The notes below the pieces were generated by a model, which saw only the letters and a program-made list of their open reading frames with translations, was not told where the DNA came from and ran no database searches. DNA of 64,000 nucleotides from Harriotta raleighana (lineage: Eukaryota), in NCBI GenBank assembly GCA_050575255.1, contig JBNZDD010013498.1:412392-476391 (forward strand). Direction: 5' to 3'. The position numbers and the translations under genes are program-made. This document shows positions 52,636 to 64,000 of this stretch, piece after piece; position 1 is the stretch's first letter; each line of letters starts with the position of its first letter.

Positions 52636-53190
52636 CTGTGAAAAGATATAAACTAACTTAAGGAGGAGATAATGTTTAGAAAGGAAGTGCAGTTAAAACA
52701 ATGGGCTGGTAATCAATCGACTGAAATGTCCCCTTCAGGATATGCACGTATTAAAGAAGAAAGGGATGTCCTGTGTTTACTGCCTCACATACCCGTATCG
52801 AGCCATTCACAAAGCCACCACACAATGTAATCAGGACATTGCCTACAAAGACTGCTTTGGGGAGCCATTGAGAAAGCATGTTACAGAGAAGGTAATGTAA
52901 GTAAAGTGGGTTACAACTGAAGTTGTTATGGTGAGGTGCTATTGTACTGTAAATTTCAATAGAAGGACCATTGATAGATTCTCCTGCTAGCAGTACACCA
53001 GAAACTAACAATGAGATAAGCTTACACACGTAACACACGTCTGTAGAGAGCAATTGCCCCCACATTTGTGATCCATAGCACCCCTGGAACTTAAAGGGAA
53101 GTTTTAATGGGAAAAAGTGGAGGATTGGTGAAAATATAAATGCAAAATGTTTATCAGTTCAGTTGCTGAGTAACGTCTAATGTGACTAAC

Positions 53191-53315
53191 CTTCTCATAG
53201 TACTTAATGTCATATTCCAAAATCACTCCATTCGGGCGCTGAGGTTCAGGCCAGGCCAAGGAAACACTGTGTCTTGTGATCTCTTTCGCTTGTATAGTTC
53301 CAACGGCAGATGGAG
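53191..53315 (-). CDS. epha4: EPHA4 coding exon (exon 6 equivalent), N-terminal half of second fibronectin type III repeat
   Basis: 125 nt, acceptor ctcag|, donor |gttagt; encodes (A)PSAVGTIQAKEITRHSVSLAWPEPQRPNGVILEYDIKYYEK, the EphA FN3-2 motif RPNGVILEY..KYYEK. Confidence 0.96.
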
Positions 53316-53360
53316 CTGAGGTGGGGAAAGTAAATGTGGCATTTTGCTTAGTATTTTTAA

Positions 53361-53378
53361 ACACACACACACACACAC
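53361..53378 (+). repeat. (AC)9 microsatellite ~45 nt upstream of the exon 6 acceptor
   Basis: acacacacacacacacac; reads (UG)n on the pre-mRNA. Confidence 0.9.
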
Positions 53379-54104
53379 TGAGTGGCTTGATAGTGTTTTA
53401 GCATTTAAAATATTGCCTACAAAATACTCTGTGACTACATTTTACAGTAAATCCCGTTTGGCACTTTGTGTTGTCTTTTGAGACATGAAAGGTACACTAT
53501 CAAATACAAGGATTAGTAGTTATTCTTAAAACTGTTGAGATTCTCAGAAGCTTGATTAATCAATCAACATGATCTTTGGTGACTAATGGGAATTCATTCC
53601 TATTGATTTTGCCAATTGATCTGTGTTTGCTGTGCTGTTGTCAAAGAAAGACCTAGAATCTGCTGCTATTAGGTATTGTCACAAAATATAATCATCCGGT
53701 TGGTTCAGCTGGGAAAGCTATCGTTTTTCTGATAGAACTGTGATGGCCTCTTCAAAGAGCTTTTGCTTAGATTCAGTCTTATCTCAGCACAAAAAGTCCA
53801 CATCGTTTAAAGATAAAGGAGTAAACAGTTACTGAGTGTCAGAACTTTCACGCCAATACACCGAATGGTGTCTTTTCAAAGGAACAAGATGAAGAGAGGT
53901 GATAGCCAGCAATTGTTCAAAAGGATTAATATTGTAACTGATGTCAGAAGATAGGAAGATTTGGCAATTTCCTCTCTTTGATCAACACCGACATTTTATG
54001 ATTTATTTATTCTTTTCCCAATCTATCTATGAAACTAATCAGCATGAAACCAACTAACTATAATAAAAATTATAGTACAGTAATTTTTATTATAGTTAGT
54101 TGGT

Positions 54105-54350
54105 ACAGTACCTTATCATATCATGTCTCAAAGTACTTCAAGATATACTATAAAGTGGATTGATTATGTATTTTGTGGGCGCAAACAGCGGCCTACATGC
54201 CCGCAAACAACCAAGTGTTCAATTTTATTTGGTGCATTTGTAGGCCCGGACACTGGGAGAAACTCCCTTCTCTTTTCGAAAAGTGCCATGGGATCTTTTA
54301 ATGACCATCTGAACAGGCAGATGGGACCTTGGTTTAACATCTCGTCCAAA
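54105..54350 (-). mobile_element. DeuSINE fragment (Deu domain and tail)
   Basis: gggagaaactcccttctcttttcgaaaagtgccatgggatctttta...ggtttaacatctcgtccaaa matches 28679-28800. Confidence 0.8.
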
Positions 54351-55689
54351 CTAATATATTGAGTGAACTTAGGCAGATCATTTAAAAGTAACTATTCAAT
54401 GAATAGCACTTTTTTAAAAAAACGCAACATCAAAACTGAGAAGGAGAGGACTGTGATCCTTTAACCTTATTTCTTATACATACTGTATATTAGTTTCCTC
54501 CAGCTGTCCCCCTGGTCAGCTTCAAAACACGTTGAAAAGGTTATTCCTGAGGTCTGGGCTGTATACGATTGGAAAACGCGCAACAAGTGGCTTAAGCAGC
54601 AGAGCTGCAGTAATTCATCTTTAACAAAACGCAACAAAGAATGAATGGAATCGTCATTCTGTTCCTTCCAAATCTCTCTCCATCTGCCTCTAGGACTGTG
54701 CGCCTGCAGATGTGCACAAATTCATTTGGCCTCGGCCATTTCCTCAATAACGTGGTGTTCAACACCTTCTGCAGATTTGTTACAGTCCTCGCAACTTCCA
54801 CTTTCAAAACCAGAAGGGAAGCCCCGACCATAGTGTACGCCCAGCACAGTAAAGTCAAGTCATTCTCACAGCACCAATGAGCACTGAATCGGAACCAGTT
54901 GATGGTCCCCCAGAGGCAAGAGAGGAGAAGTTAATAAGACAACTGATCCATTAAGGAGCCGAAACAAGATTAAAAAGAAAGCTGGATATAAACAGTCGCA
55001 AATGCTGGCTTGTCAGGCCTTCGGGCAGTCTCCAGTGAAAGCTTTGCTTTATGCTGTAGTTGGGAGTACTTGAAGCTAAACACATGGCAGGTATCTATTG
55101 CTGAAGCATTTTAAAATGTCGTTCGGTTCCATTATTTGAGGTTAATCATAGTTTTCAAGGTCAGACAGCGAAGACTTCAGGAGAACACAGTGAGGAACAG
55201 TGAATTGCATTGTAAAGCCAAGAAGAGGAGCTGTTTTAGTTTTGTTTACATCAAATCATGCAGAAATTTGCTTGTATTTTTACTAACTTAAGAAACTTAT
55301 TCCAAATGAGTTATTGCAACTGTTTTTTCTGTATTAACGTGCTTTGGTTTAAGTTTGAATGGAGGGGAGGGGGTGTTAAAACTAGTGCTGCCCTATGATT
55401 AGTGATGCAGTATATGTACAGTTCCTTTCAGCTCTCTTATGGAAAAGTTAATTTGTGCATTTAATTGCAAATGAAATTGGAAACAATTCTAATGCAGTGT
55501 ATTAAAATTGCACAACAAGGCCTGCTATCAAACGCAAAGCTCGATTGACATTCCAAACAGAAGTAAAGAGCTGCATCAAGGGCTCGAGTGCCATGGATGA
55601 ACAGGGAGATTTATGTCAAAAATAAACTCTTAAAAGCATGCGATAAACACAGGGCTAGTAATAAAGTCAAAATACCACAAGCAGAGAAG

Positions 55690-56340
55690 CAAAAAGGGAG
55701 ATTAAGATGCTTAAGAGACATGGCGGGCCACAAAGGATAATAGTAAAGGGCTTTAGAAGCCGCATCAGAAGTAGGAACATAGCCAAGGAAGGGGTGTGGT
55801 CCTTGAAAGACTAAAAAGAAAATGTTATAATAGTGAACTTATAATAGTGAACAATGAAAAAACAGGGAGGCTTAGCCAGGATTTCTCATCAATGGAAGAC
55901 TGTGTTTCATTTTGGATACCACACCATAGAGGAGGGCATCAGAACCATGGAAGAGTACAAGGCAATAAAAACATGGGTGAGAGAATACGTTTTGATAAAA
56001 AATGGAAAAGGAGAAGCTGTATTTACAAAAAAAAACACAGATGGTTAACAGGGGGACATAACCAGAAGTTAAAATTTACATAGACTTTGAGAGGATAGAT
56101 ATTTTAATTATTAAAATCACGAGGACAGTTAGAAAAACAAAGGTTTTACAATAAGGGTTATGGAATGAGCTACCACAAATGCTTAAAGTCAAGCGAACCG
56201 CAGCATTTAGAAGGGAATTCACACAAGAGGCCTAAAATATGATGGTACCAAGGGGGATGGAGCAGAGAGACGGTATAAGAATAAATCGCACAACATGATG
56301 GATTGAATGACCTCCTTTTTGTTCTGAAGTTTCTGACATT
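55690..56340 (+). mobile_element. Degraded CR1 LINE 3' region
   Basis: MEDCVSFWIPHH resembles CR1 LEYCVQFWSPH; aacagggggacataacc (TRGH), atggaatgagctacc (WNELP), tail ggattgaatgacctcctt. Confidence 0.7.
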
Positions 56341-57411
56341 ATCGTCAATGATATTAACCTTGAGGGATTTTCACAATCCCGCACGCAGTGGCATTTCTGT
56401 GGAGGAAAAAAATCACTGCCGTTTCGCTTCTGTCGATCCAATGGAACAGCCCATCTAATGTTAGTGTTTTCTTATAATCTGATAATGAAGACTTATGATC
56501 TGCCAAGAGAAACATGGCAAGCTACCGCATACATTTCCTTCAGAGGCTAAACTTCATTTTAAAATAAACATAAAAACAATGGCTTCTGCTAGAAGGCAAT
56601 TCACAAACGCCAAGTTTTACAACGTTTTCAATGTCCCATTGAGCGTTTCATATCAACTCCCTGAATGTGAAATCTCAATTCAACATGAAATCGAAAGTCT
56701 TAAAGCCTTGCATCAAAAATGAACAGCAGATTCTACCTGTAGTTTTGAGACAAATCATAAACTCGTTAATATCTCATTTGGAAAGGAGCAAGTGTAATTA
56801 GGGTTCGCTGGAAGAAATCCTGGCAGACTCGGAACTAAGGAGTTAATATATTATTAAAGCTTTCAGTCAAGAAATGTAGCTCATCGATCATTTGGCTGGA
56901 ACTGCGTTTTTTTTTCCAGTAAATAGATTTGGTCGAAATATGTCATCTGTACTTCTAATGTGTTATGGCTATCTTTAACAATTAAGCACCACCATTTGTG
57001 TTCCCAAATCAATCATGTCAAAACAAATCAGCAAATAATGAATTTGAGAATCTCGAGGGAAATGGAAACCAATGAAAAATTTTTATTCTGAGTGAGCAGG
57101 ATCAGACTAGAAACAGCTGGTTTGAGCAATTTTCATTTTCCCGACCTTTGTTCCTGAGAACGATGTCTTTCCTCTCTATGTCATGTCGATTCCAGTAATT
57201 TTTCTATTGATGCACATAACCTGGGAGTCTATATCCAATGCTCTATCAATACTGAGTTACAGGAATTGACAACAGCTTACCAAATTATGGATATATTAAG
57301 AGGTTTCTGTAAATAAATACACTTACTCGACTGAAACGCTCGGAGTACAATAAAAACGAGGATGAACGTTGAACTATTTATGAACATTATTTGAAGCCCA
57401 AGATTATTGTA

Positions 57412-57476
57412 CAACAACAATAGCAAAATTACAATTGTATAGCGCCTTTCACATCAGGAGGACATCCCAAGGCATT
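57412..57476 (-). mobile_element. Short L2 terminal fragment
   Basis: aaaattacaattgtatagcgcctttcacatcaggaggacatcccaaggc. Confidence 0.78.
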
Positions 57477-60400
57477 TTATCCCATCAATAATTTCTTAGA
57501 ATGAGTCATAGGACCTTTCCTGTCAATTTAATTAAAGTATTAAACACCAGGTTTAGTTTTAATACATATAATGAACTCCCTCCACCCTTATTGTGTGCAA
57601 CTAATCTAATAAAATGTTTTGCATGGGATTAGTTTTTAAAACTACCACATGCTCCTTTGCAACACTGTGACAAATGTGAAAAAAATAACTGGGTGGAAAG
57701 TAATTGTGCCCAAGCCTCCTTAATCTTATAAGTGTGGGATTCCTTTCAATTGTTTGGTTAACCTACTTTCCTATATGGCTGTAAATGGGACCGCATAGAT
57801 GTAACAGGCCACACCAGACCAGAGAGGCTCTCTGGATAAACACACAAACTAAATGAACCTTGATAGGTGGTTAGTTACCTGGGTTTCTGCATGCACCACC
57901 ACAACATTGCAAACTAATCTAAACAAATCTCATGTGAAACAAGAGCCATTTAAGCAGATGGTACTTGCTAACCAGCTTTCTTCCTACGACCATTTAAAAC
58001 AACTTGTGTGAAACGCCTAACAGCATCACTGCAAGGTAAAACTTTTAGAAACTTACAAAACTTGTGGCTTGCTTTCCTCTCTGAAAATAATCATTGCTAA
58101 AAAAATTCCTCCTTCTACCTTCCTGTGATTTATTAGTCACAAAAAAATCCAAAAAGACAAATTGATCAGAATGAAAAGATTATTATTGTCGGTCTCTGGT
58201 CAGACTTAGTAGGAATGGGAATATATGCCTTTAGCTTCATGCCCGCATGAAAGCAACAAAGCAGCTATTCTGCATAGTTACAATATCTGTACCAGGTATA
58301 GTTACTCAACTAAAAGAGGATAGTAATCGTAAAATCCGGAATGTTTCCCCGAGGAATACAATTCAACGCCCGATCCTTTCTGGAACTCAGCCAATGAACT
58401 CGCCGAAGCAAAAAACAGCTTGAAATCCTGTTCTGACAGTCAATTCCTGCGTTCCTGAGAAAAGCCTAGCTCATACAAGCACCCAGCTTTGTGACTGTAA
58501 TCCCTTCTAGCCACTCCCAGTCCTTCAACCACGAGGAAACATACATCTTGTGTTCTAACCAGTCCATTTTGATCCATATAAACTCTGCCTAAAACTGGTT
58601 ATTTCCTGAATTATGTGGCGTGCTTTTATTTATATATACACGTCAGGCTTGAGAAAGAACACGCATTGTGAAAGGAATGGATGTGACCAACATATTTCTG
58701 CTGAGAGCAAATCAGATAAATGATCCACTAGGTAAAATATGCAAATCATTACTCAATGGAGGAAGAAATCTCATCTGTGATGCTTTTCAAAAGGTTCAAA
58801 TGCATTAACAATCTTACCTTGGTAACAATGCTCGTAATCGTATTGTGCAAGTTATCTTTTGTAGGAATGCGGGATATGAAAAAAAAATCAGTCTCAGGCA
58901 TCTACACCTCCTCTTTAATGATAGGCTCTACTCTTTGTGGAATGCCATTACACTTCAGCTGAAACTGTATCTCGCCATCTGCTCTGCTTGTAGTACACAA
59001 CACAAAGCTTTTCTATGTGCAATAACATTTCAATTACACTCTGGGTAGAAGAAGCATTCTGTGAGACCATACGCTCAGATAAACATGGCTGATTCAATTG
59101 TCTGGCTCCATAGCCTGACTTGGTGTTAACCAAAAGCATGGACAAAGAAGCTGGAGAATTCAAGGATCGCTGATCACATCGAGTGCAGGACTGTAATCAA
59201 TGGAATTCTGTTTGGGTCTCTTGACTGACTGATATTACTGCCAGTGAGTGAAAACAAATTGTGCTGGCAATTCATTCAAAGCATTGTCTGGTTTAAAGCA
59301 AGTTGTGTTGCTCCAATCTTCACTTGTTACATCAAGAAATCGATCAAAGGCATCAATTTTATATTCTTTAACTCATGATTTCCCTACAGCGGCAAGAGAA
59401 CTTAACAGTTCCCCTTTCCATCCTTACAGATAACAATGGCTTTATCCGCTGGCTCCAAAAACTCCCATCAACCTGTATTTCAGGGTTGACACTCTGATGG
59501 AAGAAGCATCCGTCTGCAGAGCTATTGAAAATACCTGTGGCCTTTTCAGTTAGTGTTGGCCAGTCACGGCAGGCGCTCTGTCGTTCACCCTTGCTTAAGA
59601 CCTGACTTTACATCGCACCAAATCTGCCTGCACATTTCACAGGTAGTGAAAGCTTTGCTGAAATCCAAAGAGACAAATACCCTAAATACATATAACCACC
59701 TCTGCACAGGTTACAAATGTGCAATTCAGAACCTGGGCAGCATATAGCTGTCGTACAGTAGTTTGAATTGTTATGGTTCATCGGAGAAATCCAGGAGTGA
59801 TGTTCAATTATAATCTTTAATGACAAGCATTTAAATGCAGCCAAATCCTATTAAATTAATAATCTCCGTCTTGCAAACCTTTTAGGAATTCAGTTACGAT
59901 ATTACTCACACAATTTTATTTTGGCGCTTTCAAGAAGAATAAAATGATACAATTTGGATGGGGGGCAGCAGCTGGGTGTCTTTGACACATGCAGAAACCC
60001 TTCAACACGCTCGATAGTACCCAAACCAAATTGAGAATTCCCCTGCAACCCACCCGCGCATGGAAATTCCAGAGAATGGAATGGAATCCCTTACCTAATT
60101 CCAAAAAGTACTAGGGCTTAGTTTGGCAAGAGCCAAAGTGCGGGGATTTCACAGAGTCCTGCAGTAGACCCACCTGGCTTAGTACAAGGGACATTTCCGT
60201 TGCCAAACATGCCATCTTGGAACCACTTCAGCACCAATTGTTTATCCCCAACTCTCAAGGCAGATATATCCAATCCTCCAGTATCTGAACGTGTAAAATG
60301 GACCACACCTGCCTGAAGCATTTCTGAATTTTATCACCCGATTCTAATGAAGGAATGCTAACTGTTTATCTGCCTTTCTGCTTTAGATTTTGATTGACAT

Positions 60401-61420
60401 GATGAGCATTTTTTGGTTTGATTCCAGATTTTTGTCACGCGTAGTTCTTTATAATTTATGAATGTTTATCCTGCTATCATTTTGAAGAATGTAGCGAAAA
60501 GGAGACTCCTAAGCACTATGGCAATTTATAGGGTTGAAGAATGCCTTTCGATCCATCATGTCAGTGCTGACTCATTGAAAAGACAATCCCATTAGTCCCA
60601 TTCACCCACCTTTTCCATTTACCCTAACCTTAATTAGGGATCACCCAAACAATAAATCATCGCTCCACTTTACTGTATATCCTATGTAGCATCTTGGGAC
60701 ATCCTCTCAACGTGAAAGGCACTATTTCATATGTAAGTATTACTGTTAATAGTCCCTAACTGATCATTCATAGAGGTGTATAACATGTTTAACATGTTAC
60801 TGTAGTGTAAAATGGTCACAACATAATTATTACATTATTAAAATAATGAAGTCTGCCATACTTTGAATAGATTAAGCATGGTTTTGTATGTTCAGTCTGT
60901 ATTACTTAACAGAAACACTTATTATATTGTCTTAATAAAACCTGATTGGATGTTAAGATTGCAATGGGACTGGATTGCAATGGGACAAGTATTTATACAA
61001 CAATTTCATGAATATGGAAATCCTAAGCACATAACTCCCTTTGTACTTTCGTAGTTGATTTCCTGTGGATTGGCGAGGCGTACATTCGGTTTTCTCAAGT
61101 TTTCATTGTGTTTTGCCACAAAGGATCCTGGTAAGGTGTCACCAAATATTAGAGTCAAATGTAAATTTTGCCCTTCTCTCAGCTGTCTAAATGTGTGTCT
61201 GAGGGAGGAAGGAAGTTTGAGCTGTTGGCCACTTTTCTATGATTTCAAACAAAAGCAGAAGATGAAGCTATGGCTATGACAAATCAGCTTGTCATTAACC
61301 TGTTGATTAATGCGTGGCAATCGAGACAATCAACACACTCTTATCGCGAAGAATCAAAACTGTATTCTTTCCAGAAGCAGCAACTTTTCTCACCCCATTT
61401 ACTGTGTAAACTGAAGATAT

Positions 61421-61753
61421 GGAGCTCCTGTGGCTCAGTGGTTAGAGCACTCGCCTTACATGCCTTACAAGCATGAGACCTGTGTTCGAATCCAGGCAGA
61501 TCAGGGCGAAACCTTGGGCAAGTTTCCTTACTCCACCTGCCTAATAATAATCCCTCCAAAAAAACCCACAATAATAAAATTGGTCATTTCAATCCACGAC
61601 TGTTTGTGGGACACTGCTGTGCGCAATTGGCTGCCGCGTTCCACCCACAAATATACAGTCAATTCACTTTACAGTATATTCTGTGAAGCGCTTTGGGACG
61701 TTGATAAGATGTGAAAAGCGCTATATCAAATGCAAGGATTATTATTATTATTA
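61421..61753 (+). mobile_element. Full-length tRNA-derived SINE, best-preserved copy in the window
   Basis: Pol III A-box TGGCTCAGTGG (61431-61441), B-box GTTCGAATCC (61484-61493), Deu-like 3' core, L2-type tail and (ATT)n; CpGs retained. Confidence 0.96.
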
Positions 61754-62559
61754 TATCTGCTAACCTGCTGACTCACAAGGCTGAGGATGCCAGGGCCAGT
61801 TTTTGGAGCTAGGAGATAAAATCATTGTTATTTGTAAGCCTGGGAAAAGTCCCCTTTTTTCATGCAAATTTTTTTGGGACCTTGGCATAATTTCTCTTCC
61901 TGCTGAAAGGAAATCTTGAGTTAAAGAATATTAAATGCACTTCATGCATTGCTCGTAAACTTTATTTTAAAAAAAAGATTTATTGAGCTGTTCCCTGTCT
62001 AGAGTGTCAAGGAGGGGGGAGTGGAGCTAGGATTATACACCACCATACAAACGAGTTTGGTAATTCTGTCATATTTATGGCAAAATTCCTATCTGGGAAT
62101 TAAAACCTCATGTTCACTAACATAGTCTGAGATGTGTCTGGGTAAATCACATGTCCCAGACTGGTGGCGTTTGAAACCTTTAATTATTTCAAGAGGGACA
62201 AATTTAGTAGATTTTACAGTGAATCCAAGATGTGTTTAAAATTCCAATTCCAAATATATAACAGGGATTTAATACAGAGTGATTTCTGGCTGGATTCCTT
62301 AAGGAGACATACCCCAGTAATTGTGAGCATGTCACACTGACCTGCGGGCAAAAGTCCACTCTGAAAGTAGATTGTGCCAGAGAGCAGTCACTGCCAGCTG
62401 GCAGGGCGCACTTACAGTTTCAATAGTAGATGATCAAGTTAGAAACTGATATTTATTCCATCCCCGACATTTTCAACTCCTTATTTGGATCTAGGTAAAG
62501 ATCTTTTGGTTGTTTTGCAATTCCAATCCCTCTTTGTTTAACGTTATGAACACCACTTC

Positions 62560-62835
62560 GATCCAGTTTTGTTGCAATCCCTCCCTTTTATTTCATCTCT
62601 TTAACTCTATCATCTCCTGTCCTATAACCCATTTTCTCCTTTGCCTTCTTTGCCCTGCCTCTCCCTCTCCGTTAGTCCTTAAAAGCCTCTCCCTCCCAAC
62701 ATGCCCGAGTTCTGACGCAGAGTTGTGGACCCGAAATGTTGGCTCACTTCTCCTTTCTCCATAGATGCTGTCTGACCTGCTGAGTGATTGTTCCCAGCGA
62801 TTTCTGTTTTTGTTTCAGATTTCCTGCATGTACAG
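62560..62835 (+). mobile_element. Penelope-like element terminal remnant
   Basis: Pyrimidine-rich stretch, then ttctgacgcagagttgtggacccgaaatgttggctc...agatgctgtctgacctgctgagt...tttctgtttttgtttcagatttcc, a terminus I recognise from chondrichthyan Penelope-type repeats; orientation uncertain. Confidence 0.6.
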
Positions 62836-62897
62836 TAATTGTGTTTTGGGCTAATCTTGGTATTTGATTAATCCATTGTTGGCTAGACTTGCAAATT

Positions 62898-63020
62898 GAA
62901 TCATAGCATTATATAGGAGTCCATTCAGCCCATCGTGTCTGTGTCAGTTCTTTGAAAAGAGCTTCCCTCGCTCTCTCCCCATAGCCCTGCAATCTTGTCC
63001 TCCCCCAAATAATTATCTGC
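62898..63020 (-). mobile_element. CR1 3' tail
   Basis: ccattcagcccatcgtgtctgtgtcagttctttgaaaagag, same family as 29735-29850. Confidence 0.7.
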
Positions 63021-64000
63021 AATTGGCTCCTGCCCCACATTTGAGGGTCAGTCTGACCTTGGAAATCTTAAAGATACCTACATCCCACAAACAGTGTATT
63101 TCTCACAGAAAAACTGTTGGATCACAATACTAAAGCTTAGTCATTCATTCCCAATGGGTTTGACATACACTGGAGTCTTTAACGGAGTGATTCTAGCATT
63201 TCCTGATAAGGAGAAGCGATTTTGTGAGTTGCTGTTAGTTCAGTACCAAGTACTATGAGCTCCCACTTTGAATCTAATTGAAATATTTACTTCTGCAGAG
63301 ATGTAGAACTAACAGGAAGTCAGTACAAATGAATGTGTGTGACATGAATATAGATTTTCTTAATAGCAAATCACAACAGGGTATCAAAAAAAGATGGCAG
63401 TGAGCAAAATGTTTTGCTGCATGAAAATTTCAAATAACACTCCAGATTATGTATGAGGGCGTTCAAATAAAAAATGGAAGCAGGTTGTCAAAGTATTCAC
63501 ATTTACACATTTCAACTTTGATCTTAATCTTTCTCTCCACCAGTGGATCATTTCCTTATCATTGTGCTTTAAGACTAAAATACCGTTGGCGATATTCTGT
63601 GAATGGCAAACCACATGCAGCTCCAGCAGCTGTTTAGATGGAAGGTGATTGATAAATAAATTGTTACTTGCATTATATAATTTAGCTTGGAGCATGCGAA
63701 TATCGTGAATGGAACTGGTATTTTTGCATAATTGGCTTGAATTAATCATTGTTCCATGACAAGAAATGTATGCAAGATATGAAATAACTGGGGTGTTTTA
63801 TAAACGTAGAGACAATTTAGCTCTCTGCTTAATGAATACTCCATCCCGTATAAAGTAAAAGCTACTACTTTTCCGTTGAAGCGCAAAGACCCGGTTCTGT
63901 CAGTTTGATCAGTTTGCAGTCTTCGTGCATTTGTTTGTTTCAAAAGCAGAAACGCTTCCAAGATTACTTCAGGATCTAATGATTTATTATTATTGTGGTA

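Noticed and set aside
61421-61500. tRNA gene (A-box, B-box, Val/Ala-like anticodon arm)
   Set aside because: Continues into a SINE body and tail, has no proper acceptor stem, and is present in several diverged copies.
53316-64000. Upstream EPHA4 exons (ligand-binding, Cys-rich, FN3-1)
   Set aside because: No matching peptide found in this interval; exon 5 and earlier must lie beyond the window.

Overview
Vertebrate genomic DNA, AT-rich and repeat-strewn. The repeat content (tRNA-derived Deu-type SINEs, L2 and CR1 LINE ends, Penelope-like ends) resembles a cartilaginous fish, probably a chimaera such as Callorhinchus; the species call is inference. The only gene I can support is the 3' part of the ephrin receptor tyrosine kinase EPHA4 on the minus strand. 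Twelve coding exons (equivalent to mammalian exons 6-17: second FN3 repeat, transmembrane, juxtamembrane, kinase, SAM, PDZ-binding tail GRMVPV*) lie between 53315 and the stop at 42165. They splice into one open frame. A ~3.1 kb 3'UTR follows, ending near an AATAAA at 39066-39071. Exons 1-5 lie beyond the right edge of the window. Positions 1-39000 are a gene-poor region of retroposon remnants and candidate enhancers. Most notable observations: a GC-AG intron after exon 15; a probable spliced intron inside the 3'UTR ~770 nt past the stop (NMD-relevant); a let-7 plus double miR-17-family site cluster just after the stop; a perfect 24-bp hairpin; a candidate partner-LINE tail for the dominant SINE; nested SINE/LINE insertions; a speculative Helitron Rep fossil; and assembly-join duplications around single N bases. 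I found no convincing novel multi-gene system. Nearly all ORFs in the supplied track are spurious or are exon read-throughs. Exon coordinates were checked base by base; repeat boundaries are approximate.
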